This document shows, in pieces, positions 21,083 through 35,247 of a DNA stretch of 64,000 nucleotides. Below the pieces are notes generated by a model. The model saw only the letters and a program-made list of their open reading frames with translations, had not been told where the DNA came from and ran no database searches. Every line of letters begins with the position of its first letter. Positions within the stretch are counted from its first letter, which is position 1. Source of the DNA: Betaproteobacteria bacterium. GTDB lineage: Bacteria > Pseudomonadota > Gammaproteobacteria > Burkholderiales > Rhodocyclaceae. The stretch is from positions 3,072 through 67,071 of the forward strand of contig VEPL01000001.1 in the NCBI GenBank assembly GCA_012026885.1. The letters run 5' to 3'. A program made the translations under genes and the position numbers.

Positions 21083-22375
21083 ATGGTCCCCCATCTCACC
21101 ACCGCCCTCAGCGGGCCGCTCCTCGAACTCGAACGCCGCTTCCTGGCCGCCAGCCCGCAGATCGAGCACTGGCTGCGCGGCCAGTGGCAGGAATACACGC
21201 CGCCCTTCTACTCGTCGTGCGACCTGCGCAATTCGGGCTTCAAGCTGGCGCCGGTCGACACCAACCTGTTCCCCGGCGGCTTCAACAACCTCAATCCCGC
21301 CTTCCTGCCTCTTTGCATCCAGGCGGCGATGACCGCCATCGAGAAATTCTGCCCGGATGCGCGCAGCCTGCTGCTGATCCCCGAGAACCACACGCGCAAC
21401 ACCTTCTACCTGCAGAACGTCGCGCAGATCGCCGCCATCCTCAAGCAGACCGGCCTCACCGTGCGCATCGGCACGCTGCTGCCCGAAATCGACAAGCCCA
21501 CCCCGATCGACCTGCCCGACGGCCGCCAGCTACTGCTCGAGCCGCTGGTGCGTACGCCCCACCGGCTCGGGCTGGACGGCTTCGATCCCTGTGCCATCCT
21601 GCTCAACAACGACCTCTCGGCCGGCATCCCCGCGATCCTGCAGGGCCTGCACGAGCAGGTCATCCTGCCGCCGCTGCATGCCGGCTGGGCGGTACGCCGC
21701 AAATCTAACCACTTCGCCGCCTACGACCAGGTCGCCAACGATTTCGCCCGGGCGATCGGCATCGACCCGTGGCGCATCAACCCAGCCTTCTCGGTATGCC
21801 GCGCCGTCAATTTCCATGAGCGCCAAGGCGAGGAATGCCTGGCCGCCAACGTCGCCGCCGTGCTCGACATCGTGCGCGAGAAATACCGCGAGTACGACAT
21901 CGACGAGACTCCCTACGTCGTCGTCAAGGCCGACGCCGGCACCTACGGCATGGGCGTGATGACGGTGCGCGACGCCGATGAGGTGATCGCACTCAACCGC
22001 AAGCAACGCAACAAGATGAGCGTAGTCAAGGAAGGCCTGGAGGTCTCCGAGGTGCTGATCCAGGAGGGCGTGCATTCCTTCGAGACGCTCAACGACGCCG
22101 TCGCCGAACCGGTCATCTACATGATAGACCGCTATGTCGTCGGCGGCTTCTACCGCGTGCATACCGGGCGCGGCAAGGACGAGAACCTCAACGCCCCGGG
22201 CATGCACTTCGAGCCGCTCGCCTTCGAAACCGGCTGCAACCTGCCCGACTACGGCAGCAACAACCCGGATGCGCCGCCCAACCGCTTCTACGCCTATGGC
22301 GTCGTCGGCCGCCTGGCCTGCCTCGCCGCCGCCGTCGAGCTGGCGCGCACGACGCCGCCGGCGGACGAGGACTAG
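21083..22375 (+). CDS. gshA: Glutamate--cysteine ligase (betaproteobacterial type)
   Basis: 430-aa ORF immediately upstream of gshB. An ATP-grasp-like region is present (VVVKADAGTYGMGVM). The family call rests on synteny and a remembered pattern. Confidence 0.75.
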   Translation: MVPHLTTALSGPLLELERRFLAASPQIEHWLRGQWQEYTPPFYSSCDLRNSGFKLAPVDTNLFPGGFNNLNPAFLPLCIQAAMTAIEKFCPDARSLLLIPENHTRNTFYLQNVAQIAAILKQTGLTVRIGTLLPEIDKPTPIDLPDGRQLLLEPLVRTPHRLGLDGFDPCAILLNNDLSAGIPAILQGLHEQVILPPLHAGWAVRRKSNHFAAYDQVANDFARAIGIDPWRINPAFSVCRAVNFHERQGEECLAANVAAVLDIVREKYREYDIDETPYVVVKADAGTYGMGVMTVRDADEVIALNRKQRNKMSVVKEGLEVSEVLIQEGVHSFETLNDAVAEPVIYMIDRYVVGGFYRVHTGRGKDENLNAPGMHFEPLAFETGCNLPDYGSNNPDAPPNRFYAYGVVGRLACLAAAVELARTTPPADED

Positions 22376-22378
22376 GGC

Positions 22379-23377
22379 ATGGCCGCCAGCGGCGACGAAC
22401 CGCCCCCGCCCGCCCGGGCGCTGTGCCTCGCTTTCGTCGTCGATCCGCTGCCCGGGCTGAAGGCGGCCAAGGATTCGTCGATCGCCATGATGCGCGCCGC
22501 GCAGGCGCGCGGCCACGCGGTGCACGCGATCGACTACGCCACCCTGCACTGGCGCAGCCCCGCCGCCGGAGAACCGGGCGGCGTCTACGGCGAGGCGATC
22601 ACCCTCGCCCTGCGCGACGGCGACGGTGACTGGCATCGCGAAAGCGGCCGGGCCGTCACCCCGCTGCGCGATTTCGACGCGGTCCTGATGCGCAAGGACC
22701 CGCCCTTCGACGGCGAGTACCTGGCCGCGACCTGGCTGCTCGAGCGGGCCGAGGCCGAGGGCGCCCGCGTCTTCAACCGGCCGCGCGCCCTGCGCGACCA
22801 CTCGGAGAAGCTGGCCATCGCGGAGTTCGCGCAATTTGCCCCGGCGACGCTGGTCGACCGCGACAGCGCACGCCTGCACGCCTTCATCGACGCCCAGGGC
22901 GACGTCATCCTCAAGCCGCTGGACGGCATGGGCGGCAGCCGCATCTTCCGCGTCCGCCGCGACGACCCCAACCGCAACGTCATCGTCGAGACGCTGACCG
23001 TCGACGGCAGCCGCACCATCATGGCACAGCGCTTCCTGCCCGGGATCGCCGCCGGCGACAAGCGCATCCTCGTCGTCGCCGGCCGCGTCATGCCCTGGGC
23101 GCTGGCGCGCATCCCCAAGGCCGGCGAGACGCGCGGCAACCTCGCCGCCGGTGGGCGCGGCATCGCCCAGCCGCTGTCGGCACGCGACCGCGAGATCGCC
23201 GAATCCCTCGCGCCCGTCCTCTGGCAGCGCGGCCTGCTGCTCGTCGGGCTCGACGTGATCGGCGACCACCTCACCGAGATCAATGTCACCAGCCCGACCT
23301 GCATGGTCGAGATCCGCGCGCAGACCGGATTCGACATCGCCGCCCAGTGCATCGCGGCGCTCGAGGCGCAATGCTGA
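22379..23377 (+). CDS. gshB: Glutathione synthetase (ATP-grasp)
   Basis: 332-aa ORF with motifs FVVDPLPGLKAAKDSSIAMM, ILKPLDGMGGSRIF, LAAGG and EINVTSPT. Confidence 0.9.
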   Translation: MAASGDEPPPPARALCLAFVVDPLPGLKAAKDSSIAMMRAAQARGHAVHAIDYATLHWRSPAAGEPGGVYGEAITLALRDGDGDWHRESGRAVTPLRDFDAVLMRKDPPFDGEYLAATWLLERAEAEGARVFNRPRALRDHSEKLAIAEFAQFAPATLVDRDSARLHAFIDAQGDVILKPLDGMGGSRIFRVRRDDPNRNVIVETLTVDGSRTIMAQRFLPGIAAGDKRILVVAGRVMPWALARIPKAGETRGNLAAGGRGIAQPLSARDREIAESLAPVLWQRGLLLVGLDVIGDHLTEINVTSPTCMVEIRAQTGFDIAAQCIAALEAQC

Positions 23378-24405
23378 AGCGGCTGGTCGCGCTCTTCGCG
23401 GCGCTCGCCCTCCTCGCCGCCTGCGGCCGCGTGCCGCTGCAGGAACAGCAGGCCTACGTCTTCGGCACCCGCGTCGAGGTCGTCGTCGCCAGTGCCGACC
23501 CGCAGGCAGGCCGCCGCGCCATCGCCGCCGTGCTGCGGGAATTTGACCGCCTGCACGGGGCCTACCATGCCTGGCAGCCCTCGCGCCTGACCGAGCTCAA
23601 CGCCGCCATCGCCGCCGGGAAGCCACTGGCGGTCAGCCCGGAACTGGCCGGCTTCGTGCGCGAGGCACAGGGCCTCGCCGCGCAGGGCGGCCATTTGTTC
23701 GACCCCGGCATCGGGCGCCTCATCGCGCTGTGGGGTTTCCAGTCAGACGAATTCAAGGGCATCCTGCCGGCGCCCGGCGACATCGAGGCCTGGCGCGCCG
23801 CCCGCCCGTCGGTTGCCGACATCACCTTCGATGGCGACACCGTCGCCAGCCGCAACCCTGCGGTCGCCCTCGACTTCGGTGGCTACCTCAAGGGTGTCGC
23901 CCTCGACCGCGCCGCCGACATGCTGCGCGCCCAGGGCATCCGCGACGCGCTCATCAACATCGGCGGCAACGTCATGGCCCTCGGCAGCAAGGAGGGGCGG
24001 CCGTGGCGGGTCGGCATCCAGCACCCGCGCCAGCCGGGACCGCTGGCCACGGTCGAGCTCGCTGACGGCGAGGCGATCGGCACCTCCGGCGACTACCAGC
24101 GCTACTTCGAACTCGACGGCCGCCGCTACCCCCACCTTCTCGACCCGCGTACCGGCTTCCCGGCCGATCACACGCAGGCCGTCACCGTCCTCATCCCGGC
24201 CGGGCCCAGCGCCGGGACGCTGTCCGATGCCGCCTCCAAGCCGGTCTTCATCGCCGGCGACGCGGGCTGGCGCGAAGCCGCGCAATCAATGGGAATCGGC
24301 CTCGTCCTGCGCATCGACTGCGACGGTCGTGTCTTCGTCAGCGAAGCCCTCAACCGCCGCCTGACCTGGGTCGGCAAGGCGCCGGCTGCGACAGTCGTTC
24401 CGTGA
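23371..24405 (+). CDS. apbE: FAD:protein FMN transferase ApbE (lipoprotein)
   Basis: Start at MLKRLVALFAALALLAACG (lipobox), overlapping the gshB stop. ApbE motifs seen: DFGGYLKGVALD, GTSGDYQRYF and HLLDPRTG. Confidence 0.85.
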   Translation: MLKRLVALFAALALLAACGRVPLQEQQAYVFGTRVEVVVASADPQAGRRAIAAVLREFDRLHGAYHAWQPSRLTELNAAIAAGKPLAVSPELAGFVREAQGLAAQGGHLFDPGIGRLIALWGFQSDEFKGILPAPGDIEAWRAARPSVADITFDGDTVASRNPAVALDFGGYLKGVALDRAADMLRAQGIRDALINIGGNVMALGSKEGRPWRVGIQHPRQPGPLATVELADGEAIGTSGDYQRYFELDGRRYPHLLDPRTGFPADHTQAVTVLIPAGPSAGTLSDAASKPVFIAGDAGWREAAQSMGIGLVLRIDCDGRVFVSEALNRRLTWVGKAPAATVVP

Positions 24406-25226
24406 GTATCGGGCGCGACCTCGCCCGCGCAGCCGCTTGGCTGCGCGCGGCCGATGGCCTCATCGTCGCCGCCGGCGCCGGCATGGGCATCGATTCCGGT
24501 CTGCCCGATTTCCGCGGCCCGGGCGGTTTCTGGGCGGTCTACCCGGCGCTCGGGCGCGCCCGCATCCACTTCGAGGCCATCGCCAACCCCGCGGCCTTCG
24601 CCCGCGACCCGCAGCTGGCCTGGGGATTCTACGGCCACCGCCTCGACCTCTACCGGCGCACCGTTCCCCACGCCGGGTTCGGGCTGCTGCTGGAAATGGC
24701 CGCGCGCATGCAGCATGGCGTCTTCGCGCTGACCAGCAACGTCGATGGGCAGTTCCAGAAGGCCGGTTTCCCCGCGACGCGCGTCTGCGAGATCCACGGC
24801 TCCATCCACCACCTGCAGTGTGCCGCCGGCTGCTGCGACGCAACCTGGCCGGCCGATGCGTTCGTTCCCGAGGTGGATCGGGACGCCTGCCGGCTCACCG
24901 GCGAGTTGCCGCACTGCTCCCGCTGCGGGGCACTCGCCCGCCCCAATATCCTGATGTTCGGTGACTGGGACTGGGTCGCGCGGCGCAGCGAGGCGCAGGA
25001 GCAAAGGCTCGCCGCCTGGCTTGCTGCGGCCGACCGCCCGATATGCATCGAAATCGGTGCCGGCACTGCGATCCCGAGCGTGCGCCGCTTCGCGGAAACC
25101 TGCGGCGGCCGGCTGGTACGCATCAACCCGAACGAGCCGGAAGTGCCGGACCCGGCGACCGGCATCGGCCTCGCGCTGGGCGGACTGGCGGGGATCGCCG
25201 CGCTGGCGTCAGCGCTCGCCGGCTGA
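24402..25226 (+). CDS. SIR2-family NAD-dependent protein deacylase
   Basis: 274-aa ORF with motifs GAGMGIDSGLPDFRG, TSNVDGQF, EIHGS and a Cys4 zinc module (C..C...C..C). Confidence 0.8.
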   Translation: MSIGRDLARAAAWLRAADGLIVAAGAGMGIDSGLPDFRGPGGFWAVYPALGRARIHFEAIANPAAFARDPQLAWGFYGHRLDLYRRTVPHAGFGLLLEMAARMQHGVFALTSNVDGQFQKAGFPATRVCEIHGSIHHLQCAAGCCDATWPADAFVPEVDRDACRLTGELPHCSRCGALARPNILMFGDWDWVARRSEAQEQRLAAWLAAADRPICIEIGAGTAIPSVRRFAETCGGRLVRINPNEPEVPDPATGIGLALGGLAGIAALASALAG

Positions 25227-25242
25227 CGGCGGGCGCCGCCGC

Positions 25243-25695
25243 CTATTCGGGTGCCCGCGAATCGATGGCGAGGGTCACCGGGCCATCGTTGACCAGCGCC
25301 ACTTGCATGTCGGCCCCGAAGACGCCGGTCGGGACAGGTTTTCCGAGTTCCCCCGCGAGGCGTCCGACGAAGCGCTCGAACAGCGGCGCCGCCAGCTCAC
25401 CCGGCGCTGCCCGGCTCCACGAGGGGCGGGAGCCCTTGCGCAACGAGGCGTAGAGGGTGAATTGGGAAACGGCGAGGATCTCCCCGCCGATGTCGGCGAC
25501 GCTGCGGTTCATGGCACCGCCGCTGTCGGCAAAGAGCCGTGTACGCACAATCTTGGCGGCCATCCAGTCGAGGTCGGCGTCGCTGTCGTCGGGGGCGAAT
25601 CCGGCCAGTACCAGCAGGCCCGGGCCGATTTCGCCGGTCACCCGGCCGTCGACAGCGACACTGGCCGAGCGGACCCGCTGGACGATGACGCGCAT
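25243..25695 (-). CDS. dtd: D-aminoacyl-tRNA deacylase
   Basis: True start is [15 protein letters not shown] (cat 25693-25695). Motifs SQFTLYA and the C-terminal NDGPVTL are present. Confidence 0.9.
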   Translation of the reverse strand: MRVIVQRVRSASVAVDGRVTGEIGPGLLVLAGFAPDDSDADLDWMAAKIVRTRLFADSGGAMNRSVADIGGEILAVSQFTLYASLRKGSRPSWSRAAPGELAAPLFERFVGRLAGELGKPVPTGVFGADMQVALVNDGPVTLAIDSRAPE

Positions 25696-25709
25696 CCCGC
25701 TCCTCGAAC

Positions 25710-26491
25710 TCAGCGGCGGCCGGTCAGCTCGTAGAGATAGAGGCGCACGATGTCCTCGCACAGGACCAGCACGGCCTCCCCGCTCTCGGCGATCACCAGG
25801 CCGAAATTCTCGGCGCCGTCGGTATCGAGCGCTGCCTGCAGCCAGTCCCACTGCAGACGCAGGTCATGCAGCTTGTCGACGACCGCCGGCGAATTCCCCG
25901 GCCGGTGGGTCAGTTCGTCGAGGGAGGCAGAGAACTGCTCCTTGGCGAGTTTCATCTCCTCCCGCAATTCGGCAGAATCGAAGCCGGAGAGGCGCAACAT
26001 GTAGACCTTGACCATGCGCTGGCTGAGCATGCGCTGGCGTGCCGCCTGATTGATGACGGCGGTCCCCGCAACGCGCGATTCGCTCTCGAGCTGGCGGGTG
26101 AGGCGGTCGGCAACGCCCAGCGCGGTGGCGGCACGGGCGTCGAGCTCGCGCAGGCCTTGCGGGCTGACTTCCGCGAGGGTCGCCTTTTTCAGCGGTATCC
26201 ACGCCGCGCGCAGATCAGCAAGTTCCTTACGGGCAGGCGAACTGGTGGCGATGCGGCCCAGCCAGGAAAGGTTGAATTCGAAGCGCTCGACCGCGCCCGC
26301 CAGCTGCGCCCCGGCATCGGCCGCGACGAGGTCGAGGCCGATCTGGGCATAGGACTTGACCATGCGCTGGGTCAGCATCCGCTGCTGCCCGGCCTGATCG
26401 ACGGCGAACGGATCCGCCCAGGCCGGCCCGCCGAGCAGGCAGAGGCCGCTGAGCGCAAGGATTACCAGGGTCTTCATCTTGTTGGCACCCA

Positions 26492-26492
<1 letters not shown>
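25710..26492 (-). CDS. Secreted protein made of two PilJ/NarX-type (P-box-like) sensor modules with no output domain
   Basis: Signal peptide [21 protein letters not shown]. Two repeats carry [13 protein letters not shown] and [13 protein letters not shown], as in the periplasmic domains of PilJ/NarX. There is no TM or cytoplasmic domain. Confidence 0.6.
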
Positions 26493-30997
<4,505 letters not shown>

Positions 30998-31035
30998 AAA
31001 TAAAAATCCTATAAAGAATAGGTCTGGAACACTTC

Positions 31036-31201
31036 TGTGGGTAATTCAAAAATCGTCATTATATTCAACTACATGAGTTCATCGTCAGGGTCTTGGGAAG
31101 GCACTGGATTGCCTGTGGATCAAAGTGGAACAAGTTTTCCAAAAGAGGCTTGCCGGCAACTTGCCCACAATCGCTCCCCGTCTTGCCCACAGGGTTGCCG
31201 A
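31036..31201. promoter_or_regulatory. Cluster of four DnaA-box-like 9-mers beside an AT-rich tract (dnaA-dnaN spacer)
   Basis: tgtgggtaa at 31036-31044 (rc TTACCCACA), tgtggatca at 31114-31122 (rc TGATCCACA), and TTGCCCACA at 31171-31179 and 31193-31201. Each is 8/9 to TTATCCACA. The flanking 30996-31090 is conspicuously AT-rich for this genome. Confidence 0.45.
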
Positions 31202-31207
31202 CAGGCT

Positions 31208-32605
31208 TCATCCCTTGAGTACCTGAAGCAGGAAATGGAGATCGTGATTGAGGTCGTTTTCCTTGGTGCGCAACGAATCGATGGTCTTGACGGCGTGAAT
31301 CACGGTGGTGTGGTCGCGACCGCCGAAAGCGTCGCCGATTTCCGGGAAACTGTGGGAGGTCACCTCGCGGCAAAGCCACATCGCCACCTGGCGTGGCCGG
31401 GCAATGGCGCGCGTGCGCTTGCGCGAGAAAAACTCGGCGACCTTGATCTTGTAATAATCGGCAACCGTCTTCTGGATGTTGTCGATGCCGACGTTGCGGG
31501 CCGAACCGATGACGTCCTTGAGCGCATCCTTGGCCAGGTCGAGCGCGATCGGGCGGCCGTGGAACGAAGAGTAGGCGAGCACCTTCTTTAACGCGCCTTC
31601 GAGTTCGCGGACATTGGAGCGCAGGTGCTTGGCGATGAAGAAGGCGACCTCGTCATCGAGCGAGATACCTTCCGCCGCTGCTTTCTTCTTCAGGATGGCG
31701 ACGCGCATTTCCGCCTCGGGCGGCTCGATCTGCACCGTCAGACCCCAGTCGAAGCGGGTCACGAGGCGGTCGTCGAGGCCGTTGATGTCCTTCGGGTAGG
31801 TATCGCAGGTGATGATGATCTGCTTGCGTGCCTCGATCAGCGCGTTGAACAGGAAGAAGAATTCCTCCTGCGAACGGTTCTTGCCGTTGAAGAACTGGAC
31901 GTCGTCGAGGAGCAGCACATCTACCGAGCGGTAGTTGCGCTTGAAACTGTCGAAGGACTTCTGCTGATAGGCGCGCACCACGTCGGAGTAATAGTCCTCG
32001 GCGTGGACATAGCGCACCGCCTTGTCCGGGTTCTCGCCGACGATGTGGTTGCCGATGGCGTGGATCAGGTGCGTCTTTCCGAGTCCGGCACCGCCGTAGA
32101 TGAAGAGCGGGTTGTAGGCGCCGCCCGGGTTGCCGGCAACCTGCATGGCGGCAGCGCGAGCGAGATCGTTGGCCTTGCCGGCGACCAGGTTGTCGAAAGT
32201 AAAGGACGGGATTAGCCGTGCCTTGTCATGAGCTGTTGCTGCCGCACTCTTGCCGGTGCGGCCTGACGCCTTTGGCGGCTTGGCTGCTTTTTCCCGGGCG
32301 GGTACGGGCGTAGCGGCCGGTTCTGGCGGAGCAGCTTCCGGCCGCACCCTGGCACCTCCGGTACCATCCGCGACCAGCACGATGCTGACCGCACCGGGGA
32401 AGAAGGCGCGGCCGTAATCCTCGATGCGCGTCAGGTAACGCTCCCTTACCCACTTGAGGATGAAGCTGTTCGGGGCGACGAGGCGCAACCCTTCGAGGGG
32501 ATGGCTCTCCCCCTCGAGGCGCAACGGCTTGATCCAGGTATTGAACTGCTGTGCAGGCAATTCCTGTTCAAAGCGTTTCAGGCACGATTCCCAGAAGCCG
32601 GACAT
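31208..32605 (-). CDS. dnaA: Chromosomal replication initiator DnaA
   Basis: True start is MSGFWESCLKRFEQELPAQQFNTWIKPL (cat 32603-32605). AAA+ motif GGAGLGKTHL and the C-terminal DnaA signature are present. The 76 aa upstream in the ORF track cross the promoter region. Confidence 0.97.
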   Translation of the reverse strand: MSGFWESCLKRFEQELPAQQFNTWIKPLRLEGESHPLEGLRLVAPNSFILKWVRERYLTRIEDYGRAFFPGAVSIVLVADGTGGARVRPEAAPPEPAATPVPAREKAAKPPKASGRTGKSAAATAHDKARLIPSFTFDNLVAGKANDLARAAAMQVAGNPGGAYNPLFIYGGAGLGKTHLIHAIGNHIVGENPDKAVRYVHAEDYYSDVVRAYQQKSFDSFKRNYRSVDVLLLDDVQFFNGKNRSQEEFFFLFNALIEARKQIIITCDTYPKDINGLDDRLVTRFDWGLTVQIEPPEAEMRVAILKKKAAAEGISLDDEVAFFIAKHLRSNVRELEGALKKVLAYSSFHGRPIALDLAKDALKDVIGSARNVGIDNIQKTVADYYKIKVAEFFSRKRTRAIARPRQVAMWLCREVTSHSFPEIGDAFGGRDHTTVIHAVKTIDSLRTKENDLNHDLHFLLQVLKG

Positions 32606-32748
32606 CGCAGAAAACCTTCCCCCCTTGCACACGGCGCCCGCGCCGAGTGATGGCAGTGCAACTATATGATTTTGTGTATTTGTTTCCGAAGCGGCCGGCT
32701 GGACCGAATGTGCCGCTAAAACGAAGATTCTACCTGCTTGCCGGCGAG

Positions 32749-32757
32749 TTATCCACA
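32749..32757 (+). promoter_or_regulatory. Perfect consensus DnaA box TTATCCACA in the dnaA-rpmH divergent region
   Basis: Exact 9-mer read in ...ggcgagTTATCCACAgcttt... Located 144 nt upstream of the dnaA start. Confidence 0.7.
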
Positions 32758-32777
32758 GCTTTAGGAAAACTTTCAGC

Positions 32778-32807
32778 TTGACATAGTGCCCGCTATCGCG
32801 GTGTAAT
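32778..32807 (+). promoter_or_regulatory. Candidate sigma70 promoter of rpmH
   Basis: TTGACA at 32778-32783, an 18-nt spacer, then TGTAAT at 32802-32807. About 38 nt upstream of the rpmH ATG. Confidence 0.45.
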
Positions 32808-32844
32808 TGCGCGTTTTTCTGTCTGCACATCAAGGAATTAGCAA

Positions 32845-32979
32845 ATGAAACGCACGTATCAACCGTCGGTCGTGCGCCGCAAGCGCACCCATGGCTTCCT
32901 GGTCCGTTCGCGCACCAAGGGCGGCCGTGCCGTTCTCGCCGCTCGCCGCGCCAAGGGTCGCAAGCGCCTCGCCGTCTGA
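32845..32979 (+). CDS. rpmH: 50S ribosomal protein L34
   Basis: My translation gives [44 protein letters not shown]. It is too short for the ORF track (44 aa). Confidence 0.97.
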   Translation: MKRTYQPSVVRRKRTHGFLVRSRTKGGRAVLAARRAKGRKRLAV

Positions 32980-32995
32980 CCGGACATCCGGCGGG

Positions 32996-33361
32996 GTGGA
33001 CCAGACCTTCGCCCGCTACCGCCGCTTGACCAAAACGGATGAGTTTTCATCCGTTTTTGGTTTCCGGAAGGCGATTCGCGGGCAGTGGCTGATGCTCCAC
33101 TACCTGCCCGGACGACCAGCAGGCAGCGGTCCGCGGCTGGGTCTGGTGATCGGCAAGAAACTGCTGCGCCGGGCGGTCGACCGCAACCGGGTCAAGCGTT
33201 GCCTGCGCGAGACTTTCCGCCGCGAGCGCAGCAGCCTTCCTGATTGCGATCTCGTCGTGCGTCTGATGGCGAGGCCGGCTGCAGTCGACAACGGGAGCAT
33301 GAGCGAGGATTTCGCGACCCTGCTCGGGAAGCTTCGCCAGCGCCCGCCGCCTGCCCCATGA
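32996..33361 (+). CDS. rnpA: Ribonuclease P protein component
   Basis: Putative GTG start gives 121 aa. RNR-like motif is [19 protein letters not shown]. The start codon choice is uncertain. Confidence 0.85.
   Translation: MDQTFARYRRLTKTDEFSSVFGFRKAIRGQWLMLHYLPGRPAGSGPRLGLVIGKKLLRRAVDRNRVKRCLRETFRRERSSLPDCDLVVRLMARPAAVDNGSMSEDFATLLGKLRQRPPPAP
33032..33058 (+). terminator. Attenuator or terminator-like hairpin inside the 5' end of rnpA
   Basis: Perfect 11-bp stem AAAACGGATGA / TCATCCGTTTT with a 4-nt loop, running into a T-tract. It begins 53 nt after the rpmH stop. Confidence 0.45.
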
Positions 33362-33567
33362 AGCGCCTGCTCGTCGGCCTGATCCGCATCTACCAGTACG
33401 CGATCAGCCCCTTCCTCGGGCGCAGTTGCCGTTATCATCCGACCTGTTCCGAGTATGCGGTCGAGGCAGTAGAGAAACACGGTGCCCTCAGGGGCGGCTG
33501 GCTGGGCGTCAAGCGCATCTGCCGCTGCCATCCCTGGCATCCCGGCGGGTACGATCCCGTACCCTGA
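33358..33567 (+). CDS. yidD: Membrane protein insertion efficiency factor YidD
   Basis: [42 protein letters not shown]... (69 aa). The start overlaps the rnpA stop (ATGA). Confidence 0.92.
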   Translation: MKRLLVGLIRIYQYAISPFLGRSCRYHPTCSEYAVEAVEKHGALRGGWLGVKRICRCHPWHPGGYDPVP

Positions 33568-33596
33568 TTAGAATAGCTCGTCTAGATAGGCAGTTC

Positions 33597-35243
33597 ATGG
33601 ATACACGTCGCCTGATCCTGGTCCTCATCTTTACCTTCTCCAGCGTCATGCTCTGGGAGAACTGGCAGAGGTACAACCAGCCCAAGCCGGCCGCCGGTGC
33701 CGCGGAAACCGTCGCCGGCAGCGCCGCGCCGCAACCGAGTGCCAGCCTGCAGCCGGGCGCTTCGGCAACACCTGCCGCCCAGGCGGCTGCCGCGCCGGCC
33801 GCCGGCGAAACCTTCACGGTGACCACCGATCTCGTCAAGGCGACGATCTCGACGACCGGCGGCGACATCGTCCAGCTCGAGTTGCTCAAGTATCGCGAGC
33901 ACGGCAGTGCGGACCGCAATTTCCTCCTCTTCGAGAACAAGCACCAGTACTTTGCCCAGAGCGGCCTGATCGGCGAGGGCTTGCCCACCCACCGCGCCCG
34001 CCTCGTGCGTGCCGCCGGGCCGAGCGAACTTGCCGAAGGGGCCAGCGAACTCAAGGTGCGCCTGGAAGCACCGGCGCAGAACGGCATCAAGGCCGCCAAG
34101 GTGCTCACCTTCAAGCGCGGCTCCTACGTCGTCGATGTCGCCTGGGAGATCACCAACGCCGGCGACAAGCCGCTGGCGACGCACGCCTATTACCAGATCC
34201 AGCGCGATGGCGCGGCGCCGGCCGGCGAGACCATGATGGTATCGACCTTCACGGGACCCGCCGTGTATACGGACGCCGACAAGTACCAAAAGGTCACCTT
34301 CGACGAAGTCGCCTCGGGCAAGGCGAAGTTCGCCAAGACCGCCGACAACGGCTGGCTGGCCATGGTCCAGCACTACTTCGTCGCCGCCTGGGTGCCGCAG
34401 GAAAAGACGGCGCGCGAGTTCTACATGCGCAAGGCCGACGGCACCAAGCTGTTCCAGGCCGGGGTCATCGTGCCGCTCGCCGAGATCGCTCCGGGCGGCA
34501 GCGGCAGCACGGCCGTTTCCCTCTTCGCAGGCCCGCAGGAGCAGAACGTCCTCAAGAAACTGGCGCCGGGGCTCGACCTGGTCGTCGACTACGGCTGGCT
34601 GACGGTCGTCGCCGCGCCGATCTTCTGGGCGCTCGAGGCGATCCACAAGCTGGTCGGCAACTGGGGCTGGGCGATCGTCATCCTGACCATCATCATCAAG
34701 GGCATCTTCTTCCCGCTGTCGGCGGCTTCCTACAAGTCGATGGCCAAGATGAAGGTGCTGACGCCGCGGTTGATGCAGCTGAAGGAACGCTTCGGCGACG
34801 ACAAGCAGCGCCTGAACCAGGAAATGATGAAGCTTTACCAGACCGAGAAGGTCAATCCCCTGGGCGGCTGCCTGCCCATCCTCGTCCAGATCCCGGTCTT
34901 CATCGCGCTCTACTGGGTGCTGCTCGGTGCCGTCGAGATGCGCGACGCGCCCTGGATCCTGTGGATCAAGGACCTCGCCTCGGCTGATCCCTACTACATC
35001 CTGCCGGTCATCATGATCGTCTCGATGGTTGTCCAGACCAAGCTCAACCCGACGCCGCCGGACCCGATCCAGGCGAAGGTGATGATGGCCATGCCCTTCG
35101 TCTTCGGCGTCATGTTCCTCTGGTTCCCGGCCGGCCTCGTGCTCTACTGGGTGGTCAACAACATCCTCTCGATTGCCCAGCAGTGGCAGATCACGCGCAT
35201 GATCGACGCGGGCAACAAGGCGGCCAACGACGCCAGGGCCTGA
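33597..35243 (+). CDS. yidC: Membrane protein insertase YidC
   Basis: Start at [24 protein letters not shown] large periplasmic domain is followed by the conserved C-terminal TM core ([17 protein letters not shown]). Confidence 0.95.
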   Translation: MDTRRLILVLIFTFSSVMLWENWQRYNQPKPAAGAAETVAGSAAPQPSASLQPGASATPAAQAAAAPAAGETFTVTTDLVKATISTTGGDIVQLELLKYREHGSADRNFLLFENKHQYFAQSGLIGEGLPTHRARLVRAAGPSELAEGASELKVRLEAPAQNGIKAAKVLTFKRGSYVVDVAWEITNAGDKPLATHAYYQIQRDGAAPAGETMMVSTFTGPAVYTDADKYQKVTFDEVASGKAKFAKTADNGWLAMVQHYFVAAWVPQEKTAREFYMRKADGTKLFQAGVIVPLAEIAPGGSGSTAVSLFAGPQEQNVLKKLAPGLDLVVDYGWLTVVAAPIFWALEAIHKLVGNWGWAIVILTIIIKGIFFPLSAASYKSMAKMKVLTPRLMQLKERFGDDKQRLNQEMMKLYQTEKVNPLGGCLPILVQIPVFIALYWVLLGAVEMRDAPWILWIKDLASADPYYILPVIMIVSMVVQTKLNPTPPDPIQAKVMMAMPFVFGVMFLWFPAGLVLYWVVNNILSIAQQWQITRMIDAGNKAANDARA

Positions 35244-35247
35244 CGGT

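Noticed and set aside
24402-25226. SIR2-domain protein as a possible anti-phage defence effector (Thoeris/DSR-like)
   Set aside because: The protein is short (274 aa) with a standard sirtuin catalytic core and Zn-Cys4 module. It has no extra sensor, SLOG or TIR partner, and it is embedded in housekeeping genes (apbE, dtd). It looks like an ordinary protein deacylase.
25227-25242. GC-rich mini-palindrome (GGCGG-GCG-CCGCC) between the convergent sirtuin and dtd genes, as a possible bidirectional terminator
   Set aside because: The stem is only 5 bp and neither side has a T/A tract. This is too weak to call.
31208-32833. N-terminally extended versions of real genes: dnaA at 541 aa, gyrB 878 aa, oxyR 506 aa, fmt 446 aa, topB 905 aa, the KS gene 457 aa, the LpxL-like gene 506 aa, and others
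   Set aside because: The extensions run through upstream genes or intergenic promoters and are Arg-rich nonsense. Internal starts give canonical N-termini and stop/start (ATGA/GTGA) coupling with neighbours.
32606-32844. Calling the rpmH-dnaA intergenic region oriC outright
   Set aside because: It has only one perfect DnaA box and a short AT-rich run in 239 bp. That is equally consistent with dnaA autoregulation plus the rpmH promoter. It is reported only as one of two candidate regions.
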